In this document: one piece after another, positions 45,487 to 53,568 of the stretch
Position numbering within the stretch: the first letter of the stretch is position 1
Layout: the number at the start of each line of letters is the position of its first letter
Assembly (NCBI GenBank): GCA_964401715.1
Contig: CAYNZV010000001.1
Location: forward strand, 7,649-71,648
DNA: 64,000 bases
Origin: an uncultured Gemmatimonadaceae bacterium
GTDB lineage: Bacteria > Latescibacterota > UBA2968 > UBA8231
Reading direction: 5' to 3'
Notes under the pieces: model-generated
Database searches by the model: none
The model's input: the letters and a program-made list of their open reading frames with translations, nothing else
What the model was told of the DNA's origin: nothing
Made by a program: the position numbers and the translations under genes

Positions 45487-46910
45487 TCTTGCGCGCCTTC
45501 GTTACCCAACTCGCGTATTTGTGCCAACATGGCTTGAATCTTAGTCGAAGAGGGGATAAGAGCCTGCGCGGCCAGTAGGGCGGTCTCCGCTTCTGCCAAC
45601 TGTCTAAGGTTCTTGGCGGCCACGGCGGTGCCCAGATGCGCACGTACCAAGGTCGAATCCAGCTCCACGGCCTGCTGGAAGCTGGCGAGGCCGTCTGCCC
45701 ACTGTTCGAGCTCGAGCCGGGCGAGTCCCAAGCCGACGTGGAGGGCAGCGTCCCTCGGCTCCAACTCGATCGCCTGCTGGTAGGCTCCCGCCGCCTCCGG
45801 GTGATTGCCGACGCTGGTCAAGATTTCCCCTTTCTGCTGAATGGCACCACCCAATCGCGGGTCGAGTGCGATGACCCGATCCAGGTGCTGCACAGCGCGT
45901 GCCGGTTGCTTCAGCTTGCGATAAACCGAAGCGGCGTTGAGGTGCAGGTAAGCATTATGAGGATGATTCCGCAGGGCACTGTTGAACAACCGCAAAGCTT
46001 CTCGGAACCGCTTTTGAGATACGTACACGCCAGCGAGGTTGTTCAATACGGTAAGATCGTCAGGATGGTTCCGTTGTAGTTCTTCCAGCAGGCCGGTTGC
46101 GTCGTGCATGTCGCCGTCTTCGATCATTGCCACGGCTTCGAAAATCTTGTGAGGCAAACCTGCCCGATACGGCTTGAGTTCCTCATCCCACAGGTCGCGA
46201 TACTGCGGCTGACGCTCCAGTTCTTGATCCAGGTGCTTGCGGGCCTCTTCCAAACGCCCCAGGCGACGGTATGCAGTGCCAAGAAGCAAATGAGAGTATG
46301 GGCGATCCCTGCTTTCTTTGGGCATCTCTTCCAGCACTGCCAGCGCGCGTCTCGGCTCTTCTTTCTGCAGCCAGACACGCGCCAGGCCCCACGGTCCTGC
46401 GGCGTCCTGGGCATCAACAGCCATGGCGTGCTCAAACTGTTGTTGGGCTCGTTCCAGCTCGTTCTGTTCCAGATAGATATATCCAAGTCGCCAGTGCGCG
46501 GGTCCATACGTCGCTCCCAAGGCGATCACTTTGTTTACCGCTTCCACCGCACCAGGCCGATCTCCCAGCTGCATCCGGATCCGCGCCAGGCGATACCACC
46601 ATTTCGGCGGCGCATCATCTAGGCTAAGTGCAGTCCGGTAACATGCTAAGGCGAGAGAATCGAGATCGTTTGCTTCGTACACATAACCGAGAGCCATCCA
46701 CGAATGCGGGTTGTCGGGATCGGCTTCGATCCTGGCTATGGTTTTTTCTACCAGGTCCATCACCATTGGGTCTTTACCGGCGAGAACCGCAGGTAGGCTT
46801 GGGGCTTTTGGACTGGGAGGCAGAATCAGGCGCCACAGGGCGATCATCAGGCCAACTGCGACAATGCCTGCCGCAATTACTTTAACGGAGGGGACTTTAG
46901 AGAATGGCAT
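45483..46910 (-). CDS. Membrane-anchored tetratricopeptide-repeat (TPR) protein
   Basis: From ATG 46910: MPFSKVPSVKVIAAGIVAVGLMIALW (TM anchor), followed by about 10 TPR-like 34-aa units (W..LG.VY......A...Y..AL.LDP...). The ORF opens further upstream at 46985. Confidence 0.8.
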   Translation of the reverse strand: MPFSKVPSVKVIAAGIVAVGLMIALWRLILPPSPKAPSLPAVLAGKDPMVMDLVEKTIARIEADPDNPHSWMALGYVYEANDLDSLALACYRTALSLDDAPPKWWYRLARIRMQLGDRPGAVEAVNKVIALGATYGPAHWRLGYIYLEQNELERAQQQFEHAMAVDAQDAAGPWGLARVWLQKEEPRRALAVLEEMPKESRDRPYSHLLLGTAYRRLGRLEEARKHLDQELERQPQYRDLWDEELKPYRAGLPHKIFEAVAMIEDGDMHDATGLLEELQRNHPDDLTVLNNLAGVYVSQKRFREALRLFNSALRNHPHNAYLHLNAASVYRKLKQPARAVQHLDRVIALDPRLGGAIQQKGEILTSVGNHPEAAGAYQQAIELEPRDAALHVGLGLARLELEQWADGLASFQQAVELDSTLVRAHLGTAVAAKNLRQLAEAETALLAAQALIPSSTKIQAMLAQIRELGNEGAQE

Positions 46911-47015
46911 CTTGCGAGTTACGCGACCGAGTTTCCGGTTGCAGCGGTTATCAGCAGGATACCGACTCGACAAGATGCCTGCCACTAAACAAGGGCAGTG
47001 CTGGACGTGCTGCCG

Positions 47016-48059
47016 TCAATCGCGCCAGAGCACCACGCCCATGTGATAGCGCTGGTGGTTCGGGATGCGTTGACAGTAGTAGGCCGTCAAAATCGTGCCA
47101 TTTTCCAGCTGCACGCTGGAGGGGTAGCCACCGTCGGTCCCGGTCGGACTGGTGTTCGACTGGTATACATCGGTCTTGAACAGCACCCTGGGATCGTCCC
47201 AGGTCACCCCTTCGTCGCGGCTCACCATGGCGCAGACGCCAAGCATGCCCCGCAAGCGCACACCATAGGTGAGCAGGATCGAACGGTCCTGCAGCATAAG
47301 TAGATGGGCGGGCATGTGGCGTGCCGGGGTCACCGGCCCGCGACAGGTCCAGGTTTCGCCACCGTCGTCGGAGGCAAAGATCTCGGTATCCGCCGTTCGC
47401 GCGGTACGACTGGCCGCCAACATCTTGCCATCGTCGAGCACCAACAGATCGGTCTCATTGTAGCGATCAGGGCCAATGAGTCGGGGATTGCCCCAGGTGC
47501 GCCCGTCGTCATCGCTGAAGTAGATCCAGGCACCGTCTTGAGTTTCGTCCTCGAGATGGCCGGCAGCGGATGAATAACAGGAAACGGCGAGCCGCTTGCC
47601 CGGCAATTGCACGATATCTCCGAACGGCACGGCGTAGCTGACACCGGGAGGGTATTCGAACTTTCCCAACTCTGTGGTCCATGACTGGCAGCCGTCTTGG
47701 CTACGACAGACCGCAGCTTCCTGGTTTCCCATTTCATCTTCGGTCCGCTCCCGGTCGAGCAACTCTCCCCGCGGAGGTGCGAACCTGCGGCCGCTGACCA
47801 GCACCACGTAGGCGCCCTCGTGGGTCAGTCCGGCCGCCAGATCTCCCCGGGTGCGGGCGGTTTCGTGATGTGCCGGTACGCTGGCGAAAGACCAGAGCCT
47901 GCCGCCATCGCGACTGATCCAGCACTCTGAGGAGCCTTCCCAGAGTTGGTGACAGGGCTCGCCAAAGATTGCAGCCACGATGCTGCCATCGGGCATCTGG
48001 GTGAGATTCGGCCAGGCACACTTGTTGTCAATTGCCACGTAGCGCTCGAGTATGTCCAT
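47016..48059 (-). CDS. BNR/Asp-box repeat sialidase-like beta-propeller, leaderless (copy 2)
   Basis: Asp boxes SRDGGRLW, SQDGCQSW, SDDDGRTW, SDDGGETW, SRDEGVTW. ATG 48059 (MDILERYVAIDN) is preceded by AAAGGA. The listed ORF start 48152 is probably too far upstream. Confidence 0.75.
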   Translation of the reverse strand: MDILERYVAIDNKCAWPNLTQMPDGSIVAAIFGEPCHQLWEGSSECWISRDGGRLWSFASVPAHHETARTRGDLAAGLTHEGAYVVLVSGRRFAPPRGELLDRERTEDEMGNQEAAVCRSQDGCQSWTTELGKFEYPPGVSYAVPFGDIVQLPGKRLAVSCYSSAAGHLEDETQDGAWIYFSDDDGRTWGNPRLIGPDRYNETDLLVLDDGKMLAASRTARTADTEIFASDDGGETWTCRGPVTPARHMPAHLLMLQDRSILLTYGVRLRGMLGVCAMVSRDEGVTWDDPRVLFKTDVYQSNTSPTGTDGGYPSSVQLENGTILTAYYCQRIPNHQRYHMGVVLWRD

Positions 48060-48251
48060 GAATATCCTTTCGTTGAAGTGACAATATACCTGTCGATAAC
48101 AGCATATACCACAACAATATTTTGGTAACCAGTCTCGAAGTTGTGCAATCATTAATTGCTTGTTTATGGCAAATTACTTGCGTATTCATATCTGCATCGA
48201 CAGGTGAGGTGGCTGACAATCGGACATTGGATGGCAACACCTGGAGGATTC

Positions 48252-51215
48252 ATGAAGATCGAGCGGTGGTGCTGCACAGGAAAGCGTCTGTTGGTAACAC
48301 TCGCTGTGTGTGTGATCGGCGAGGCAAAAGCCAGTAATTCGTTTGTCCATGAGTTGCACGAGGCGCGGCCGTTTCTGCGTTGGCAGCGTCCCACGTATAC
48401 CAACTATGCGTTACAGCATTACCAGAATTATCCCAACCACACCTTTCCTTATTGGGATGTACCTCAGTCCCGCTTAGATCCTCTCGGCAACCATCTCATC
48501 AACGGCTACAGTCTCTATGACTGGAGCGAGGTACGCACCGATGGGCTCGAGTATGGCAGCTCGATTTTCAAACAATCGGATGGGACCAGTCTCACCTGGA
48601 TCAACGTGTTCGATTACGTCGTGGCGGGCCACGACGGATACGGCGACTGGGGCTATCAGCTGATTGTTGGCGACGCGCTGCCAGCACGTTTTACGCCACT
48701 GACCTTGTCGAAGGTCAACTTCAACGGCATGCGGTTCGACCTGTCGACGAAGCATCTGAAATTCACCGGGGTTGCCTCGCGACAGGAACGGCCCAAAGAC
48801 GATATCAGGACCTATAGCGGCGCGTTTTCACCGTTGGTCCACTACGCGGATGATTCGAATTTGCTGTTGGGGACACGGGCGCAAGCGGATGTAGGCGGTT
48901 TGCATCTGGGTTTAAACTGGGTCAACCAGCATGTTTACCAGAGCACGCGTACCACGGGCAACAGTCTCAAGGGGCGATTGAAGCCGGACCAGCCGCTGAT
49001 GGACTGGATCGTCGTGCGTTTTCGCGATGATTCTCCGGAGGACGGGGTGGGTGGCGCGGCGGTGCAGGACCTGCAGCTGGTGATCAACGATGAGGCGCGA
49101 CCGGATTTGGTGCCGCAGGTGATCAGCCACCTCGGCGAGCCGCCGATCCAGGTGGGATTCGTCTCGGCCCTTACCGGGGCGTTTACTCCTTTGGCTTACG
49201 ACCTGTTCACCGCTTCTGAGGCCAGCACCCCCTACTTCAACGAATACTACTACCGCGGTCGTGATTTTCCGTTATTTGCGGATTATCTGGCGCGGTTGGA
49301 TCACGCTGCCGGTATCGATGTGCGCAAGCAGGCGAATATCCCGGGGTTGGAGGCGCTGTACGAGTTGGAATCACCGCAGCAGCTGCTGCAGGCGGACGGA
49401 GAGACACAGATTGTGTTTCTCTTCGACATTTCCCGCGAGGCTGACGTGCGCTCGGTGGTGGTGGAAGCGACGTTGGGGAACGATTACCTGGTGGATGTGG
49501 CGATGCTGTATACGAAGTCAACCACGGCTGCTTTTTACGCCGATCGTTTCTCGGGCACCTACTATCAGACGGTGAAGCGCGCCAAGGGCAATGTGCGGGA
49601 TTTTTCCAATCTGCGCCGGGTGCGATTCCAGGTGGGAGAAAACACCGGTAATTTCGTTTATGGTGCGGACGCTCACCTGGTGCTCAAGCGTCTGGAGATT
49701 TCTGCCGAGTATGCACGCTCGAGCGTGTATTCGCGCTATCCCGCTCGTGTTGATGGGGGGGCGGCGTTTGATGAGGCGCCGCGTTTTGCCGATCGCGGGG
49801 GGGCGTATTTCGTCAATGCGGTGCGGCGTTTTGATCGCGGCCTGGTAGGTGCCGAGCTGTTTTCCATCGCACCGGATTACCAGACCGAGATGCGCTCCTT
49901 TCTGCACCCCGAATCGAGTTTTTGGCTGAGTCACCTGGACGGGGTGCTCAACAGCACCATGTACTGGCAGACGGTGGATGACAACGATGACGGCGATCGT
50001 TATCCCGATATCAAATACGGCAACGCTCCGGGTTTACCGCGGGATCGCGTTGGCACCGATCTCAATGGTGTTTTTGTGAATCAGGATACCGACAACGACG
50101 GTGCTCCGGATACCAACCGCAATCTGAATCGTTTGCCGGACTACGAGGAGCCGTTTTTGATGTTTGATGTGGAGCCCAGCAGTTACGTATACGGGCTGGA
50201 TCGCAACAACAACGATGAGCCGGACCAGCGTGAAGATGACGCCGAGGTAGACTACCCGTATGAGCATGACGAGCGTGGTTACCACCTTTTTGGCCAGTGG
50301 CAGCTGACGCCTCACTGGTCGGTAGCGGCAGGTCGCTATGACATCGAGGAGATCGCCGGCAACGGCGGCAATCGGGCGATATACGGGTTATTGCGTTATC
50401 AGCGTCAGGGGGAAGGCCAGCTCAGGCGGATGTTTTTCGAGAGCAGCATGCGCCGGGTGGCGGACGACATCGCCGATGAGATTATGGTGTTCGATGACGA
50501 TGCGGGGCCGCGGGATGTACGTTTTGGGAGTCGCGGCATTGCTTACAGCCGACCGGTGCAACAAGGTTTTGGGTTGCCGGTGTATATGAAGGTGGAGTTT
50601 TTGCCCGATCAGTTGTTTTACCGGGACAGTGTGGTGAGCGACACCTATGTGGAGGGGCGGATGATGCCGTGGTCGTCGTTGGAACTGGTGCAGAAGCTGC
50701 GCGGTCGTTTCAACTGGCAGCAGGGGGGGCAGCGGCACGGGATATTCCAGCGCCAGCGGCGGGTGGATTTCTGGACCTCGGTGAGTCGTGTCCAGTATGT
50801 GTGGCATTGGAGGCAGTTGACGGTGACTTCGCAGTATAAGCTGATGCTGTCGCGGTTGATCGATCAGGAGCGCAATGTGCGGTTGCGCTCGGAGCTGCGT
50901 TCGATTCCGATTTTGCGGATGGAGTATCCGCTGCTGGCGCGAACGCAGCTGCAGGTGGGCATTCAGGGCGTAGGCCCGTTGCCGTATCGGCGCCTCGACG
51001 ACACTTCGCAGTACAACAGCTTCGAGCAGCGCACCTCGTTTATCTCGCTGATCAACCGGTCGCGTTATTTTGGTTACGACCTCATAACCACAATGGGGAT
51101 CAACGCCAACAAGATCGAACACGATTCTGCGTTTCTCGACGACCGCGATTTCGATTTGCGCACCTTCTTCATGAGGGTGCTGGTCGGATTCACTGAATTC
51201 GGAAGACCAATCTAA
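48252..51215 (+). CDS. LSP-D: large secreted paralog, mature region identical to LSP-C
   Basis: ATG 48252 is preceded by GGAGGA and gives MKIERWCCTGKRLLVTLAVCVIGEAKA, a signal peptide. The listed ORF start 48156 is probably too far upstream. The rest is as for LSP-C. Confidence 0.85.
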   Translation: MKIERWCCTGKRLLVTLAVCVIGEAKASNSFVHELHEARPFLRWQRPTYTNYALQHYQNYPNHTFPYWDVPQSRLDPLGNHLINGYSLYDWSEVRTDGLEYGSSIFKQSDGTSLTWINVFDYVVAGHDGYGDWGYQLIVGDALPARFTPLTLSKVNFNGMRFDLSTKHLKFTGVASRQERPKDDIRTYSGAFSPLVHYADDSNLLLGTRAQADVGGLHLGLNWVNQHVYQSTRTTGNSLKGRLKPDQPLMDWIVVRFRDDSPEDGVGGAAVQDLQLVINDEARPDLVPQVISHLGEPPIQVGFVSALTGAFTPLAYDLFTASEASTPYFNEYYYRGRDFPLFADYLARLDHAAGIDVRKQANIPGLEALYELESPQQLLQADGETQIVFLFDISREADVRSVVVEATLGNDYLVDVAMLYTKSTTAAFYADRFSGTYYQTVKRAKGNVRDFSNLRRVRFQVGENTGNFVYGADAHLVLKRLEISAEYARSSVYSRYPARVDGGAAFDEAPRFADRGGAYFVNAVRRFDRGLVGAELFSIAPDYQTEMRSFLHPESSFWLSHLDGVLNSTMYWQTVDDNDDGDRYPDIKYGNAPGLPRDRVGTDLNGVFVNQDTDNDGAPDTNRNLNRLPDYEEPFLMFDVEPSSYVYGLDRNNNDEPDQREDDAEVDYPYEHDERGYHLFGQWQLTPHWSVAAGRYDIEEIAGNGGNRAIYGLLRYQRQGEGQLRRMFFESSMRRVADDIADEIMVFDDDAGPRDVRFGSRGIAYSRPVQQGFGLPVYMKVEFLPDQLFYRDSVVSDTYVEGRMMPWSSLELVQKLRGRFNWQQGGQRHGIFQRQRRVDFWTSVSRVQYVWHWRQLTVTSQYKLMLSRLIDQERNVRLRSELRSIPILRMEYPLLARTQLQVGIQGVGPLPYRRLDDTSQYNSFEQRTSFISLINRSRYFGYDLITTMGINANKIEHDSAFLDDRDFDLRTFFMRVLVGFTEFGRPI
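48366..51207 (+). repeat. Copy 2 of the 2,842-bp direct repeat (partner 38324..41165)
   Basis: See copy 1. Constant offset of 10,042 bp, and both main-frame and off-frame ORF translations are identical. Confidence 0.9.
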
Positions 51216-51304
51216 TTCTTGCCCGTTTGCCGAGACAAAGATCCGGGGAGGGGCGGTTTGTCAAAAACCAGCCAGTCAGGCTGTCGGTGTTGTAATTCTT
51301 CGAG

Positions 51305-53497
51305 GTGATCATCATGCCAAATCCGGGAGTAGTGTTGGAAAGGGTCGGGTCGACCGCCGAACGGCTGCGCCAGTTGCCCTACGAAAAGCGGGTGTGCAAG
51401 ACCGAAGCGTACCCCGAAGCGAATGGTAAAGTCGTTGCGGTTTCGCGGCCGACTAAGGAATACACCGGCCTGTCCGTAGAGGAGTTCGCCGATTGGGCGG
51501 CTGACGTCGGCCTGGAGGCCACCGTCCTGAATGGAGAGATAAACAGGGGTACACCGCGTTTTCGCTCCAAAATGTTGCCGTTCCGCGATGACGTGGACGA
51601 GGATCGTCTGCCCAGCTACATCAAGGCTCTGCACGAGAAGGGGATCATCGCCATCTCCTACTACCCGCTCATCTTCTGCAAGCCACTCGTGCCTCTGCAT
51701 CCAGAGTGGCTGATGCATTTCCTCTATGACGATCGGCCATACATCGAAAACCAAGGGTGGTTCTGCCTCAACTCGCCGTTCAAGGACTGGATCTCGGATT
51801 ACCTGATCGAGTGGCTCGACAATCTGGATCTAGACGGGTTCTACTTCGACGATACCAACATCGGCAGTCATCAAGGGGGCAGGGAATACCCGGGATGCTG
51901 CTGCGAAGTGTGCACGAAGTTGTTGCGCGACGAAACCGGCCTGCGGATGCCGCGCGAGGTAGATTTCGGCTCCCTGGATTTCCGCCGTTGGATACTGTGG
52001 CGGTACGAAAAAACCAAACAGGCGGTAAAGTACATACTGGGGCGCATCAGGGCAGCGTATCCCGATTGCATTCTTGAGTTCAACTACTATACCCGTCCGG
52101 ATACGTCTTGGGTCCGGGGTCATCCGATCGACCTGTTCGGCTTCGAAGATATCCCCGCTTACGCCTTCACCGAAATGAGCCGTTCGAGTCGCGATACAGG
52201 GTATGTGGCGAAGATCAACCGTGGCAAGGGTACCTTCCATTCCATACTGCGCCACGGTCAGCAGAGTATGCCAGGCGTCAGCGCCGGAATAACCGCCTAC
52301 CCGGAACGCTGGATGTTCACCCAGCACATCCTGGGTGCCATCGCCAACGGAGGTGCCGCATTTTCCAACTACACTTCACCGTATCTACAGGACGACATGA
52401 TTCGCTTCGGTTTCGCCGAAGCGAAGAAACGCCGGGATTACATCACTGGAGAAACGGTGAAGTACGTGGGTCTCCATTATTCGCTCATGAACCGTGATTT
52501 TCGGCTTACCGAGCTCTACAAGAACATCGGCAAGGAAGGTGGCTATACCTTGCGCGACATCTACGGGATGTACGACATGATCGGTCGCTCCCACATCCTG
52601 GTGGACTTTCTACATGACAGACAGATTACCAATGAAACCTTGCACCAGTATCCGGTTCTCTTGCTTTCGAACAGTGCCTGTCTGTCGAACGAGCAAGTGG
52701 AGAACATCCGCAACTACGTGAAGCAAGGTGGCACCCTGATCGCTACCCATCAAACCTCCACCATGGACGAGCTTGGCCAGCGCCGTGACAACTTCGCGCT
52801 GGCGGATGTGCTGGGTCTCGATTACACTGGGCCCCACCAGACCGGACCCGGTGACGGGGTGGTTTACGTGCCGCAGGGGAAGGTCGCCCAAGAGACCGGG
52901 TACCAGCTGCTACCGTTCTACGGTATCGAGTCCACGGTCGAAATCAGGGATGATGCCGACATCGAGGTGTTGTGCACCCGGAGTAGCTTGCAAGGGGATG
53001 TGTTACCCGAATTTAATCCGAAGATGGAGTACGACAGCGGCGAGCCCACTGTGACTGTGAACAGATTCGGCAAGGGGGCCGCATATTATCTCACCGGCGA
53101 TATTGGGCGCGCGTATGTCCATGTCCCGTATCCGCCGTTGATGCACCTGCTGGGCAACTTGGTGGGCAGAACGCCCGCACCGATCCAGGTGGAAGCGCCA
53201 CAAGCGATCGAAGTGACTGCGGCGATCCGTCCCTCTGGCGAGCTTATGATTCACCTACTCAACAATCCTTCGCCGCCGTTTCCTCCGCAAATCGAGGGGA
53301 AAGACATCTATCGCTACTTATTCACCCAGGAGATCGTGCCGGTGCACGACATCGGCATTGTCTTGGGTGGTTTTGAAGCACGAGCGGCAAGTTTGCCGCT
53401 GCAGGATTTATCGTTGGAGATCACCAAAGCCCCGCAAGAGATCGTGGTACCCAAGGTAGAACTACACGAGGTGGTCCTGGTCGAGCTGGCTCATTGA
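51305..53497 (+). CDS. Leaderless glycoside-hydrolase-like TIM-barrel protein with a GH42-type trimerisation (GATase1-like) domain (tentative)
   Basis: 730 aa. The N-terminal half has barrel-like strands ending in acidic residues (IIAISYYP, LDLDGFYFDDTNIG, ILEFNYY). The middle region YPVLLLSNSACLSNEQVENIRNYVKQGGTLIATHQTS...LADVLGLDY resembles the beta-galactosidase trimerisation domain. Confidence 0.5.
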   Translation: MIIMPNPGVVLERVGSTAERLRQLPYEKRVCKTEAYPEANGKVVAVSRPTKEYTGLSVEEFADWAADVGLEATVLNGEINRGTPRFRSKMLPFRDDVDEDRLPSYIKALHEKGIIAISYYPLIFCKPLVPLHPEWLMHFLYDDRPYIENQGWFCLNSPFKDWISDYLIEWLDNLDLDGFYFDDTNIGSHQGGREYPGCCCEVCTKLLRDETGLRMPREVDFGSLDFRRWILWRYEKTKQAVKYILGRIRAAYPDCILEFNYYTRPDTSWVRGHPIDLFGFEDIPAYAFTEMSRSSRDTGYVAKINRGKGTFHSILRHGQQSMPGVSAGITAYPERWMFTQHILGAIANGGAAFSNYTSPYLQDDMIRFGFAEAKKRRDYITGETVKYVGLHYSLMNRDFRLTELYKNIGKEGGYTLRDIYGMYDMIGRSHILVDFLHDRQITNETLHQYPVLLLSNSACLSNEQVENIRNYVKQGGTLIATHQTSTMDELGQRRDNFALADVLGLDYTGPHQTGPGDGVVYVPQGKVAQETGYQLLPFYGIESTVEIRDDADIEVLCTRSSLQGDVLPEFNPKMEYDSGEPTVTVNRFGKGAAYYLTGDIGRAYVHVPYPPLMHLLGNLVGRTPAPIQVEAPQAIEVTAAIRPSGELMIHLLNNPSPPFPPQIEGKDIYRYLFTQEIVPVHDIGIVLGGFEARAASLPLQDLSLEITKAPQEIVVPKVELHEVVLVELAH

Positions 53498-53568
53498 AGC
53501 GGCCCTCAGGACGCGGCCTTGCCCGAATCCAACGGGCCAGCGGCTGAACCTGAAATAAGGAGATTCGA

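Noticed and set aside
51212-51754. 180-aa minus-strand ORF
   Set aside because: It is antisense to the 5' end of 51305..53497, with no motifs.
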